In this document: positions 1-12,400 of the stretch, piece after piece
Position numbering within the stretch: position 1 is the stretch's first letter
Layout: every line of letters starts with the position of its first letter
NCBI GenBank assembly: GCA_040285825.1
Contig: JAUPSS010000007.1
Span: 1,710,689 to 1,774,688 of the forward strand
Direction: 5' to 3'
From: Eukaryota sp. TZLM1-RC
Lineage: Eukaryota > Protista > Metamonada: BaSk clade
DNA: 64,000 nucleotides
Made by a program: the position numbers and the translations under genes
Notes under the pieces: model-generated
Told to the model about the DNA's origin: nothing
The model's input: the letters and a program-made list of their open reading frames with translations, nothing else
Databases searched by the model: none

Positions 1-434
1 TTCCGATGCAAAAAATATTCAAATTAAGAAGAAAGCGGAATTGTGACCGGAAAGATACATTTGCCCAGATGCTCTGTTGAGGAGATGAATAGGGAACGTG
101 AGCATACAGAAACTAAAGCTTTTGAGACCGATCTACAAATGCCTTAGTAGCATTTGGTAGATCTACTTAGATACATCAAGTCGCGAGGCTTTGTTCTGTG
201 AAAGCAGTAGGTGCATTTAAGTGAGGTAGCCCATTGATGAAGATCATGATTGTCTTTGTCAAATGACGCTACATGTCTCTTACAGCCTGTGAGTAGACAT
301 TGAGAAAATTGAAAACAGGAGTGAATTTCACAGGGGAATACATGACAAGTGAAATTCACAGTTAATGAAAAACATTAAACAGCCTCCCTCCAACAACCAT
401 TCTCCTTGAGCTCATCTTTCTTTTCTAACCTCCG

Positions 435-2003
435 ATGGCAATCTCGAAAAACTCAATCATCAAAGCATTTGGTCTTCGAGGGTTCACTCTTCGCTCCAAA
501 GCATGTCATCACATACTACAACTGCTGAAGAAGCCTTCCAACACCTTCACGCTTGACACAATTATTGAAAAGGTTGAATTGCTTCTAAACGATACTGGTT
601 CTCCATTGGTTACTCTAGACGTTGTTAAACAAGCTCTCGAAGATGCAATAGACGTAGAACATGCAGTTAACCCACTTGTGATTTATAATGATAATTCAAA
701 TTATTTATTTTATGGATCTGATACTTATTGTTTTAAAACAGTGTTGTTATCCAATAATTGCCTATTTTCAGATCAATCTGCCTTTTTTAATCGTTTTTCA
801 GAACAATTTCATATTTTAAAAAGAAGCCTTTTGAACACTGGACAAGTTTTTCGTTCTTCTATAACATCAAGTAATTTCTCAACAAACATCGTACCACTTT
901 CTTCAATAGCTACATCACATTCAAACACAACAGTAACAACATTGGGTTTATTAGTTCAGACAGACACGTCGTGGCAGCTTGAAGACATTGCAGGTAAAGT
1001 ACAACTTTCCTTTGAGTCACCTCTACCACCCTCACATGGATTTTTCTCTGAAGGATGCTGGGTATTGGTGACAGGAAAATGGATAGGTTCTTCACTATGT
1101 GTTGAACAGATGTCTTTACCTCCATTGGCTTCACGAAGTCAAGTTATACATGATCTATCTGCTGCTGATAGACGAACACTGTTGGGCATTAACAGCATTG
1201 CCGATGAAGAGCATCTTGAAGTAATGAAATCTAATATTGCAGCTGAGAATGAAACAATATACATCTTTTCGGATGTTCATCTCAATGTACCATCTGTGGT
1301 CGATCGCCTTATCTCTGCCTTTTCTACACTCGAATGTGGACTTGCTGAAGATTCATTATCTCCTCCACGATTGATTGTTCTCATGGGCAACTTTCTTAAA
1401 CATGAGGGTGACATTTGCTCAAAACAAAAAGAACTAGAGTCTGCACTTGTATCATTTGGTGTTCAATGTTCTGCATTTTCCCAACTATTCTCAACATCCT
1501 CTCTCATGTTCATCCCTGGTCCTAACGACCCTCTGCCCGATGTCCTCCCTCGTCCTAGTCTCCCACAGCCATGCCAACAAGCATTTACCACAGCTTTTGG
1601 TTTCCCGAATGTCTCTTTTTGTCCCAGTCCCATTCGAATAAGGTATTATGACAAAGATATTCTTTTCCATCGTGATGATTTCGTTTTTCAATTGTGTAGA
1701 GATGTGGTCGTTCAGCCAGAGGAGTGTGTGTCTTTGGGGATTCATATTGCACACACTTTGGCCTCTCAGCGCCATCTTTGCCCTGTCTCTACTCAATCTA
1801 GAGCAATCGTGTGGCATCAAGACTCTGTTTTGAGGCTTTTTCCTTTACCAGATGTGGTAGTTTTGGGAGATTCGTTTGCTGGTGATTTTGTTGAGGTAGT
1901 TGGGGAAAGCAGTTGGGGTAATTTGCCTGCGTTTGGGGAGACTTTTAGTTTTGTTTCTGTTAGACCTTTTGAAAGTGAAAAAATTGGCTTTCATTATATT
2001 TAG
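435..2003 (+). CDS. POLE2: DNA polymerase epsilon subunit B (Dpb2)
   Basis: 522-aa ORF; N-terminal 'IIKAFGLRGFTL', OB-fold 'LEDIAGKVQL...GFFSEGCWVLVTG', phosphoesterase-like 'FSDVHL','VLMGNF','FIPGPND','LPRPSL','QRHLCP','LRLFPLPDVVVLGD'. Confidence 0.93.
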   Translation: MAISKNSIIKAFGLRGFTLRSKACHHILQLLKKPSNTFTLDTIIEKVELLLNDTGSPLVTLDVVKQALEDAIDVEHAVNPLVIYNDNSNYLFYGSDTYCFKTVLLSNNCLFSDQSAFFNRFSEQFHILKRSLLNTGQVFRSSITSSNFSTNIVPLSSIATSHSNTTVTTLGLLVQTDTSWQLEDIAGKVQLSFESPLPPSHGFFSEGCWVLVTGKWIGSSLCVEQMSLPPLASRSQVIHDLSAADRRTLLGINSIADEEHLEVMKSNIAAENETIYIFSDVHLNVPSVVDRLISAFSTLECGLAEDSLSPPRLIVLMGNFLKHEGDICSKQKELESALVSFGVQCSAFSQLFSTSSLMFIPGPNDPLPDVLPRPSLPQPCQQAFTTAFGFPNVSFCPSPIRIRYYDKDILFHRDDFVFQLCRDVVVQPEECVSLGIHIAHTLASQRHLCPVSTQSRAIVWHQDSVLRLFPLPDVVVLGDSFAGDFVEVVGESSWGNLPAFGETFSFVSVRPFESEKIGFHYI

Positions 2004-2199
2004 ATTTCAACGATTATTTATTCTGCATTTTCAACAATTTTCTAAATCTAAATTTGTTTTGTTGCTACATACATGAATACCTAGCTCCATAAATACATTT
2101 CAGGTTAGATTTCAGGGTATGACAAACATGACACTACAACAACGTTATTTCAACTGCTAATAAATAAATATAATTTTGTATATTCAAGAAATCTTCAAT

Positions 2200-3400
2200 T
2201 AAACATAGTTTATCATGTTTATATTGAATTACACCACTTGATAGAATAAACTCAGAACTAATGGAGCTAAATTCAATGAACCAAGATTTCCTCTACAAAA
2301 TCCTGATCTCCTTGTTTTCCTGCCATGGCTTCTCTTATTCGATAAAAAACCGAGGTAATTTAATAATTATAGCAAATTGAATTCGCGACCGCCACAAAAA
2401 CACAACAACATTGCTTTTTTTGAATCATTTCTTGGAAATCATTCAGAAAATCTCCTGCTTCTACTGATAGTCTTCCGTTTATAGAAAATGGAAAAGCAAT
2501 AAAAACCAGTGTATTTCTACCAGCATTAGCTTTTTCGATATCTTTGTCATATTTTCTTTGTTTTTCATTCGCTTTATATTCAAGAGCTTTTAGAAGATTA
2601 GGTTTTCTTCATTGAACCAAAGTGTCATTTGCAATATTACAGTAGACAATATCAACAACCACTTCAGAGTTTTCAATCCAAGCAGCTCTGTCATCAGAAC
2701 CAAATATGTTTAATGAAAGTGTCTCTCTAAGCAAATGCTCCATAATACATGAGATTCTTGCATTTCTTGCCATATTAAAAACAGTGTCCCTGACAACATC
2801 ATGTAATGAAGAACGATAAGTTACCAATTTGGGACAATTTAAAGCATGACGTAAGGTGAGCTGTAAATAAATAGACTAAATACATGTTTCTTTTAATAGA
2901 AGTTGGTCAATAGGGTTATTCAGATATAATCTCATTTTTGTTACAAAATCGTCATTATTAGTACATAGCCCAAATCTTCGTGGTACAATGGTGACAAATG
3001 GTGATGAATCTGATGACTTGTTCTCGCTCACACCTTTTTTTAATGGTAATGAATGAAGATCTTGATCTAAACCAGCCGAGCTGCATAAATTTTGGAAATG
3101 ATTATCTTCATACATTTTGGTCATTCGTTTTTGTAATGTTTGAAGCGTGTACTTTAAATTTAAATATTTCTTTTCGGAAAGATTGCCATTGAATAATTGA
3201 GGAACACATTGATTCCATTTTCAGTGTCAATTTTTTAAATTCTTCATTTAATGTAAAAATAGTAGAATTTTGCGTTGTCACTAATAAATCTTTCCAATCT
3301 TCAAATTGTTCTGAAAACTCAAACATGGCATTTCTACATCGACAACAAAAAGCACAACAAGTAAGATGAGAGGCTTTGGTGCAACCTAAATCACCTAAGT
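2200..3400 (-). mobile_element. Decayed, 5'-truncated CRE/SLACS-like non-LTR retrotransposon, family A
   Basis: Frameshifted ORF pieces 'YRSSLHDVVRDTVFNMAR' and 'SSPFVTIVPRRFGLC'; 3' end ('gaaccaagatttcctctacaaaa') shared with copies at ~7.6 and ~26.7 kb; boundaries approximate. Confidence 0.85.
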
Positions 3401-3931
3401 CCATAATGGACTTAGATACTTTATCAACAATTATTTTAAACATTTCAACTATTCTTTTCTTCAGGTGTTAAGGAATTAAAGAGAATTGTGACAAATAGTA
3501 TTCATCTTGTTCAATCTGATCACCAACAGAGCCTCTAAAATTATCATTATATATATAAGTTTCTCTTCCATTAGCCATTAGTTTAATTTTTTCAATAAAT
3601 CCCATTATTCTTTTTTGCCTTCTTATGAAGAAATCAAAATTGTTGCGGCGCAGGACTCGGCGATCTCCATTTATCAGGAGTTGGTCTAGTATAGTTCTCG
3701 GCAATGGAGTCAAAAGAAAGAACGATAGACAACAAGATGCTCAAGACTTCCTTTCCACCTCTCCTCCTCAACCTCTTCTCTCTTCAATTTTGGACGAAAA
3801 AATTTCTGATCAAGAATTTTTAAATGTAAAAGAAAATTTATTAAAAGAAAAGAGTCTACGGTAGAACCAATAAATGATTCTCCTCAAGTTGTTGCAAAAC
3901 CAGTTGATCGTGATATCATATAGTGATGGAT

Positions 3932-4004
3932 CTAAAGTATGCTTAACGTTCAAGATTACATGAATTGGTCAAAAGCCAGAAGTGTGTTTTAAAGGAAATT
4001 CACA
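3932..4004 (+). repeat. ~70-bp dispersed repeat, copy 1 (copy 2 at 9365-9433)
   Basis: ctaaagtatgcttaacgt...caagatt.catgaattgg...ccagaagtg.gtttt...gaaattcaca at both sites. Confidence 0.8.
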
Positions 4005-4049
4005 ATACATCAGTGTCTTATTTCATTGTTATAGACAATATCTGTAAGA

Positions 4050-4655
4050 ATGGACCCTTTCTATGTCAGACCGCCCTCTACTATTCGCAAGGAAAGGGCT
4101 TCTTCGTTTTCTTGTTCGCAGTCCTTCCATCGGAAGTCTCTATACTCTTCTTCGAGTCCTATATGTCGTGGTAGTCCTGCTAATGTGTTCAATGATTCTC
4201 ATTATGTAGCACAAATAGAGCAAAATTTCAATGTTGATGATGTTTATTCTACTGATGTAAATGATACACCTACTCAACAGACAGTGCCAAAAGCCCGGCC
4301 AGATTCAGCATTATCTATCTCTTCAGATCCTTCAGCGTTCGAGCAAAGTGTGGGACGTGGCTCGAGGGTCTTTCCATTTACACCACGGTCTTCAGACGAA
4401 ACACCAAAAGAACATGCCAAATGTGAAGGTTTAGAGGACCATACCAATTCAAAGTTCAGCAGTGTACGACCTAAACCAAAGCAGTCTGTTGATTATTCTT
4501 TTTCAGCAACACCTATTTCGAATAGAGAACCTAATTTTCTTGCTAACTTGTTATCTTCTTCAAAGACTGAAACAGTACCTGAGCCAGTAGAATGTGATTA
4601 TGATTACGGTCCTTCTGTTGTGATTCCAAAACATTTGCTCAAAACAAAACACTAA
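4050..4655 (+). CDS. Hypothetical Ser/Pro-rich protein
   Basis: 201-aa ATG-initiated ORF with host-like composition, convergent with PP4C (10-nt gap); no recognisable domain. Confidence 0.65.
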   Translation: MDPFYVRPPSTIRKERASSFSCSQSFHRKSLYSSSSPICRGSPANVFNDSHYVAQIEQNFNVDDVYSTDVNDTPTQQTVPKARPDSALSISSDPSAFEQSVGRGSRVFPFTPRSSDETPKEHAKCEGLEDHTNSKFSSVRPKPKQSVDYSFSATPISNREPNFLANLLSSSKTETVPEPVECDYDYGPSVVIPKHLLKTKH

Positions 4656-4665
4656 CCTTAATGTA

Positions 4666-5664
4666 TTATAAAAAATAGTCTACTATGGGTTTTCTTATCA
4701 ATGGGCCTCGTCGTTCCTTTGGGGCGGCATCAAACAATTTGAATGAATGATTTAATTGTTCATCAATCTGCATAACAGAGGCAACATTACCAACTCTATA
4801 ACAATAATTAGGTGCTGACCATACAGTGAATACCTTTTTGTCAAAATGATCTTGATGCCCAGCAAATACTAACTGATGAGCCCTGCACATAAACTCTAAG
4901 TTGTTTTGTTCAAGAAAACATGAAGTTGCATCTCTACCAAAAAGATATCCAGCACCCCTGGGACTAATTGACCAACCAGAAGAAGCAGGCTTATTTGCTT
5001 CCAACGCTTTATCAACAACAGGCATCACATCTCCCATATCTTCACTAACATCCAGCTCAGTAGCAGTAGAATCAGCTGGATCTGACCAAAGCAGATCACA
5101 CATTAGTCCATCATGTGGTACTTCCACTTGACGATCAATAGCTCTAATTTGGTCTATAGTGCTTAAAGATGGAGATAATCCTCCATGGACAGAAAAAACT
5201 TTACCATCAATGAGTGCTGCCAGTGGCAACACGTCAAACACTTGCACACATAAATGGTAAAAGTTTAATGAACCATACTTCCGAACACATTCATCATAAA
5301 AACCATAGACCTGAGTTATTTGACGAGATTCATGGTTTCCTCTGAGAAGGAAAACCCTGTCGGGATAGCGGACCTTCAATGACAAGAGGAGCAAGAAGGT
5401 CTCGACAGAATAAAAGCCTCTATCAACATAATCACCAAGAAACAGAAACTTTGTGTCTGGGGCTTCTCCAGCAATTAGAAACAGTTCAAGAAGATCATAA
5501 AATTGACCGTGTATATCTCCAACTACAGTAATTGGTGTATGGACGTTGATAACATTGGCTGTTTCCATCAACATGTCAACCGCATGAGTACACAAAAGTT
5601 GAACTTGTCGTTCTGGAGGGAGTTCTGAATTGCGAAGCTGTTCTATTATAAGATCAACATCCAT
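4666..5664 (-). CDS. PPP4C: Ser/Thr protein phosphatase 4 catalytic subunit (PP2A family)
   Basis: GDIHGQ, GDYVDRG, RGNHE and SAPNYC motifs; '[14 protein letters not shown]'; C-terminus 'KPIVDYFL' resembles PP4 rather than PP2A (TPDYFL) or PP6 (PYFL). Confidence 0.88.
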   Translation of the reverse strand: MDVDLIIEQLRNSELPPERQVQLLCTHAVDMLMETANVINVHTPITVVGDIHGQFYDLLELFLIAGEAPDTKFLFLGDYVDRGFYSVETFLLLLSLKVRYPDRVFLLRGNHESRQITQVYGFYDECVRKYGSLNFYHLCVQVFDVLPLAALIDGKVFSVHGGLSPSLSTIDQIRAIDRQVEVPHDGLMCDLLWSDPADSTATELDVSEDMGDVMPVVDKALEANKPASSGWSISPRGAGYLFGRDATSCFLEQNNLEFMCRAHQLVFAGHQDHFDKKVFTVWSAPNYCYRVGNVASVMQIDEQLNHSFKLFDAAPKERRGPLIRKPIVDYFL

Positions 5665-6375
5665 GGGTTTTGGTCAAAACAGAGACAAGATAAGGTGAAT
5701 GTTAATGGCAACTGAATCATTATTTCGACCATCTTCAATCTTGAACAATTTCTGACCACTTTTTTATTTATTTCTGCTTTGTTACATTCACAACGTTTCT
5801 TTGGTCTCAATTTTTCTAATTCTCTTGGGAAATTGGAACAATGAATGCTTAAGGATTCTGTCAAATTTTTGCAGTTAAATTATCGGCAACACATGTGTAA
5901 CAATTGTTCAAGTAATCTGTGTAGACGAGTCAATCAGTTTTCCAGCCAACGGTTGTAGTTTCTCAACGGTATTCTTGAATCAGTAGGAACAAGTTTTTTT
6001 AAAACAAGATACAATCAAATTTTTTCCAATTGAATTGCTGTGGGAATTCATAATTGAGTTTTAGACACGAAAACCAACGTCTTACTTCATCATCTACTAC
6101 AGTAAATTAAGACTAGTGTATCAAGATTGTGTACTTAAATTGTTAATTATTTAATGAGTGTGTTTCACTTCAAAAACAATTTGACTATGCTTTATCCAGA
6201 TATAACATCACACCAGGTCAACTTTTAGTCTTCCTCAAAAAGCGTAGACAAGTAATAAAAACAAAGTTTAGGGCTAAAATGCAAAAATGCAGAAGAAATG
6301 AGTTTTTGACTAAATTTTAAAACTGATTACAGCGTAAACAATAAATCTGGAGTCGAAATCAGTTCTAACACAATA

Positions 6376-7329
6376 TTACTGACTTCTTTTTGACTTGAAC
6401 GGCCTATCGTTTTCCCCTTTTCTACTTTTCCTTTCTTGTCTGTTTGCTCTCAACACTGCTCTCTCTTCTTCCCTTAAATAACTCTTATTCACAGCCAATT
6501 TCATCACCTCCCGTACTTCTGCTTTTTTCCAGTTAGTGTCAATGTTCTCACTTGTTTGGTGAGCAAAAAAGTCATCACCACTGAAATCACCCGCAGAGTT
6601 GGGTGAATCATCGACAAATAAAACTTTTTCTTTTCTTTTCGCAGTTTGGTTTGAATCATTTTTTCCACCTTCACTTTTGGTTTGATCAGTGGTTGCTACA
6701 TTTTGGAGTTCCTCTGGAGCACTATCGGAATCATTTGTTGCAGAGTCTGTTCTGACATTGTCGCCTGTAACATGAGATTTTGACTTCTTTTCTTTTTTTC
6801 GAACCACAATCGGCTTATCTATATCAACAGGAAGGTCAAGAGCTTTATAAAGGACAATAGCTTCGTCATTTTTGCCTTGATTGATTAGTTGCTCTTTTTT
6901 TACACAAAAATCTAATATGACAGCTCGTTTTTCCAAAGCTTCCTTGCTAGAAGGAGTTTTTAATATTGAAATATAATCGTAAATCATGGGAAAATGGGTA
7001 ACGTAAGAAAGTTTTTGTTTGTAATCATGGAGTTCATTGGTCAACTTAGAACTTTCTTCTTCAGTAGCATCAGTGGGAACATTAAGTTTGAACCGTTTTT
7101 CAAGTTGTTCAAGCTTACGAAGGATTTTCCGCTTTTCTATGTGACGTACTTTCTTGAAAGCGAGAGAGTTTTTGCGCTCGAGCTCCTGTCTCCTGGCATC
7201 AATACGACACTGTTCAAGTTGACGTAATTCTTGTTCAAGCTGTGATTTAAGGTCAGAGGGAAGATCAGGGTTACGTAATTGTTTGTTGATATCTCTACGC
7301 CTTGCAGCATTTGATCTTTTTGGGGGCAT
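6376..7329 (-). CDS. EFG1: rRNA-processing protein Efg1-like
   Basis: 'KKVRHIEKRKILRKL...LSYVTHFP..YDYISIL' matches the Efg1 core; charged C-terminal tail. Confidence 0.75.
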   Translation of the reverse strand: MPPKRSNAARRRDINKQLRNPDLPSDLKSQLEQELRQLEQCRIDARRQELERKNSLAFKKVRHIEKRKILRKLEQLEKRFKLNVPTDATEEESSKLTNELHDYKQKLSYVTHFPMIYDYISILKTPSSKEALEKRAVILDFCVKKEQLINQGKNDEAIVLYKALDLPVDIDKPIVVRKKEKKSKSHVTGDNVRTDSATNDSDSAPEELQNVATTDQTKSEGGKNDSNQTAKRKEKVLFVDDSPNSAGDFSGDDFFAHQTSENIDTNWKKAEVREVMKLAVNKSYLREEERAVLRANRQERKSRKGENDRPFKSKRSQ

Positions 7330-7509
7330 GAACTAATAGTTGAGAGCTGTTTGATCTGGATGTTGATAAAGTAAAGTAGTCTGATTCGTATTTACTTTCC
7401 AATATAGAACTGAGTGAACAAAGTGTTCCCAAATTCTTTGCATACACTTTAAAGCTGGGTTTCCACAACACATGGCAAACAATAATACCAGTATCATGAC
7501 TGCAAATTA

Positions 7510-9356
7510 TAAACTTTATTAATATAAATTGTATTTTGAAATCCCTTATATCTAATTGATATATTTATTGAATTTGCACACTTAATAAAATTAACTCATA
7601 ACCAATGGGACAACTATCATTGAACCAAGATTTCCTCTACAAAATCTTGATCTGCTTGCTGTCTAGCTACAGTTTCTCTAATTCGATTAAAATACCGAGG
7701 TAATCTATTAATAATGGCAAATTGAATCCGTGAACGCCATAAAAAAATATCAAATGTTTTCATTGTTTTTTATTTCACCATTTTTTGGAAGTCATCCAAA
7801 AAAGTTTCTGCTTTAACTGATAATCTTCCATTTATCGAAAATGGGAAAGCAATAAAAACCAGCTGTGTATTTCTATCGACATTAGCCTCTTCAATATCTT
7901 TATCATATTTTCTATGTTTCTCTTTTGCTTTAAAATCCAGAGCAGCCACAGGATTAAGTTTTGTTCTGTGAACCAAAGTATCATTTGCAACGTTACATGA
8001 GACAAAGTCAACAATAGCTTCAGAATTATCAATCCAATCACAGTATACATCACCTCTATCATCTGAACCAAAATTATTCAGAGAAAGTGTTTCCTGCAGC
8101 AAGGGCTCTTTGATACACGATATCCTTGCAGTTTATGCCATATTGAAAACAGTGTCTCTAACAGCATCATGTAATGAAGAAAGATAAGTTATCAATTTAG
8201 AGCAATTCAGAGCATGGCGCAAAGTGAGTTGAGGTGAATTCAAACAAATGCGTTTTTCTTTTGATAATAATTGATTAATGGGGATGTTCAAATATAATCT
8301 CATTTTTGTTACAAATGCTTCATTAGTGGCACACAATCCAAATTTTCGTTGTACAATGGTTACAAAAAGTGAAGAATCTGACGACTTGTTTTCACAAAGA
8401 CCCTTTTCCAATAACAATGAGTGAAGATCTTGATTTAAAACAGCCGAGCTGCATATATTTTTATAAGGATCTTTTTCATACATTCCAGTCAATCGTTTCT
8501 GTAATGTTCGAAGAGTGTACTTCAAATTTAAAACATTTTTTTCTGGAATATTGCCATTGAATGATTGGGGAAAACATCGACCCCATTTTTCTACATCAAT
8601 TTTTGAAATTTCTTCATTTAATGCAAAAACAGTGGAACTTTGCGTTGTCATCAATAAACCTTCCCAATCTGCAAATCTTTCGGAAAACTCAAAGATTGCA
8701 TTTCTGCATCCACCAACAAAAGCACACGAGGTAAGAATAGAAGCCTTCGTCCACCCTAAACCGCCATAATATGGACTAAGGTAAGCATGATTTGGAATTT
8801 GAAACATTTTACATCCCAGTAATTGAGACAGAACTTTTGCACGTAACTCATTAAACTTTTGAGCCAAAGGTCTAGTGACGAGAGGATTTGTAGATCGAAA
8901 TATATGATTAAAATTGGAACTAAAACACAGTCTTATAATGGTAAATTTGATGTGTTTTTTATATCTAAATTCATCAGTCGGTCAATTTTATCGGAAATTG
9001 AGTTCAACTTTTCAAACAATTTTTTAGTAATTTCATCATTATTTCCTGAAAACGAACCCAAATGACGAATAGCATCAATTGAATATAATTTGGTTTGAAT
9101 TTCAATACCATCAACTATTGTAGAAACTGGAGAATTCGATAACAAAACACATTTAAGTAAATTAAGTTGAAGGCCAATTTTGTTGAATAATTCTTGAAAA
9201 CATCCAGTTGCTTCTCTTACAATCTTTGAGTCACCTATAGGAACAATGTCATCCATATAGGCAATCATTTTTAGCGAAGGAAACATCTCTTGAATTTGTA
9301 ATGAAATAGGATGAATGGCCCAACAAACAAAAGAGGTCCTAACGGATCTCCTTGCA
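7510..9356 (-). mobile_element. 5'-truncated CRE/SLACS-like non-LTR retrotransposon, family A
   Basis: RT motifs QGDPLGP (~9330-9355), 'IAYMDD','RHLGS','GGLGW'; CCHC/RLE 'HALNC...HDAVRD...RGDVY...IVD...KHRKY'; several frameshifts and stops. Confidence 0.92.
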
Positions 9357-9364
9357 TTATAGAC

Positions 9365-9433
9365 CTAAAGTATGCTTAACGTCTATCAAGATTGCATGAA
9401 TTGGCCAGAAGTGCGTTTTGGAAGAAATTCACA
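9365..9433 (+). repeat. ~70-bp dispersed repeat, copy 2
   Basis: Homologous to 3932-4004; abuts the 5' truncation of the retroelement and ends 60 nt before the IFT172 ATG. Confidence 0.8.
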
Positions 9434-9493
9434 GTATTTAGGTTAATTTCTTTCATTTCTTCCTTATTATTTTGTGTATTGTGCTATTAGGCA

Positions 9494-12400
9494 ATGCACC
9501 TTAAGTTTCGACAGAGTGTTGTTCAGGGAGATGAAAAAACCAGTCCCATATCTGGTGTTTCTTGGTCCCCTGATAACAAGCGTTTGGCTGTTGCTTATAA
9601 TAACACCATCCACCTTTTTGATGACAACTTGGAGTGGAGGGATAAGTTCTCCACACGACCTGGGGACAAGAAGACCCATAGACCTTACACAATCAGAGAT
9701 ATAGCTTTCTCTCCTGATTACTCACGCATAGCAGTTGCTCAAACAGATTGCTCCCTTTTTGTATATCGTATTGGAACTGACTGGGACGACCGTAAATCCA
9801 TCTGTAACAAATTCTTATTATCGTCACCTGTGGCCTCTATGTACTGGCCTTCTGCCTCCCCTTCTCTCCTCTTCTTCAGCACACTGGACGGAAGCATTCG
9901 CATGGGTCATCTTAAAACCAACAAAGACACTCAGCTTTTTAAACACGATTTCCCTGCAACCTGCATCACGTTTTCCACTGACGGACTTGTTCTACTTACC
10001 GCTCATATGGACGGTTCCCTTCACCGTTTCACTTTTGACTCCCATCTCAAATCTGCTTCTCATGTCCAGCTTCCCAAACTTTCTTTTGCTCCGAGGTCTT
10101 TGGCTGCTGGAATAGAAACGTGGTTAGTGTTAGATGACCACTGTAATGTTTCCATTATCAGTAACAGTGGATCAGTCATTCAGTCATTATCAAGCAATTC
10201 TTCCAGACAATTCACTTGTTTTTCTCTTTCTCCGTCAAAAACTACTCTGTTGGTTGGCTCATTCGAAAGTGTTTTAGTTTATGTTTATAACGAACGGAGG
10301 TCCCTTTGGACCCTGAAACAGACTATTAATATCCCCAACTACAAGTCTATTACTTCAATTAAGTGGAAACCAGATTCTAGTAGAGTTGCCCTGGCCACGT
10401 TTTCGGGCTTTGTTGATGTTTATGAAGCTTGCCTTAGACGAATTTTCCTAAAGCAAGGGAGGTTTGAATTGACGTTTATCTCATCAACTTCTGTTATAGT
10501 CAAGATCACTTCCTCTGGTGAACGACTTCAGCTATCAACCTCATTTGGATCTGAAATCACTAATATTAAGATATTTAAAGATCGATTTTTAGTTGCTCGA
10601 ACTGCCGAATCCTTGTTGCTAGCTGATCTATTAACAAAATCTTGCTCAGAATTACCTTGGAATACCAATATTAACGAGGAGGAAGATGACCAAGATCAAT
10701 CAACTCAAGAACGGTTTATCTTTGAAGAAGACTCTGGAATGGCGATGATATTTCTGTCTGGGGAATTAATGTTTGTTGAGATTGGTCAGAATGACGTTGC
10801 ACTGACTGTAAGAACTGAGAAAGTTAATCAGCACGTGATTTCAACTGCTTTTAACAATAGATTAAACTCAAAAAACCATATTCCAAAAAGAAGAATTGCG
10901 CATTTGATTGATAGTTATACCATCAGTGTGCTAGATCTTACCCTTAATGATGGTTCCGGATCTTCAACCACTCAAGTATGCTCTTTTTCTCACCAAGAAG
11001 TAATTGATTTTGTTGAACTAAATTGTTTTTCAGATAAGCTTTTATTTAGAGATCGTATGGGAAATCTTTTTATTGCCTATTTAGAATCCAACTCAGCAGA
11101 TGATTCATTTGTATTTAATGAGGTCGATATCCAACTGTTACTCACATCCTGTCATTACGTCCAATGGGTTCCTCAATCTGATGTTATTGTAGCTCAGTCA
11201 GACGCTAAGCTTTCTGTCTGGTACGATTCCAATACCCCTTCAAAGAACGCTACTATTGACATTACTGGGGAACTTGTCGATATAGAAAGAAATAGCGGAA
11301 AAACTGAAGTTGTAGTAGAAGAAGGTCATTCTCAAGTTTCTTATGTCCTTGATGAGTCATTAATCGAGTTTTCTTCAGCAATGAGGAGGGGTAACCTAGT
11401 AAATGCCATGCAATGTATCGAAGACTTAGTTTTAGATTCTCAGGTTGAAGGTCTTTGGTTGAGGCTTTTGAATGAATGTATTCACCATGGAAAGTTATCA
11501 CTAGCCATTAGGTGTTGCTCAGTATTGGGCGATGTCTCAAAGGTGGAATATTTGAACAGTTTGATGGAACTTGGACAGGAAAATTTTGATTGCAGGTCAA
11601 CTGCTAGGTTGTCGTTGTTGACTGGTGATACAGAAACTGCCGAATCAGTCCTCCTAAGTCAAGGATTAATTGATGAAGCGATTGATCTTTTCCAATCTAT
11701 TGGACTTGACAATATTGCCCTTTCTATTGCCCAAAAGGCTAATCATCCTTCTTTTTCTTCAATTAAATCTGAAACGATTAGATATTACGTTGATTCTGGT
11801 CAAGAAGCTTTGGCCGCCCAAATCAAGGAGAATGAGAATGATTTCGTTGGAGCTATCAACCTCTATATAAAGGGAAGGCAACCAAGCAAAGCTGCAGACT
11901 TGATGTTTAGTCGTAACCTCTTTTATCAATCTCAGACCTTAGATATGGTAATTGCTGCTTTATGCGAAGTAAAAGATTTTAAGAAATGTGGCGAGTTGTT
12001 AGAAAAAGCTGAACGATTCAATGAAGCAATCGACTATTTCATTAAGGGTAATTTTTACGAACCTGCGGTTTCATTGGCCAAACTTTATGACAGTAGCTTA
12101 GTTGAAGATTTAACTATTGAATGGGGAGTTTATCTTTTGGAAAATCATCAACCTTCTGCTGCAAGTGGGTTGTTCTCAGAAGTAGGTCTTTATCTTTTGG
12201 CTAGTTATGCCGAGCACAAGGCTGGTAATATTGATATGGCTTTGGATTACTTAACCAAACAAACCCAGAAACAACTACCTTCTAATTATTCCTTTGTTAC
12301 GAAACAGTACATCCTGGTTTCCATTGCCGAAAACTTGGAATCCAGAAGGGATTATTCTCGTGCAGAAAGACTCTATTCCAATGCCGGAGTTCCTGAAAAG

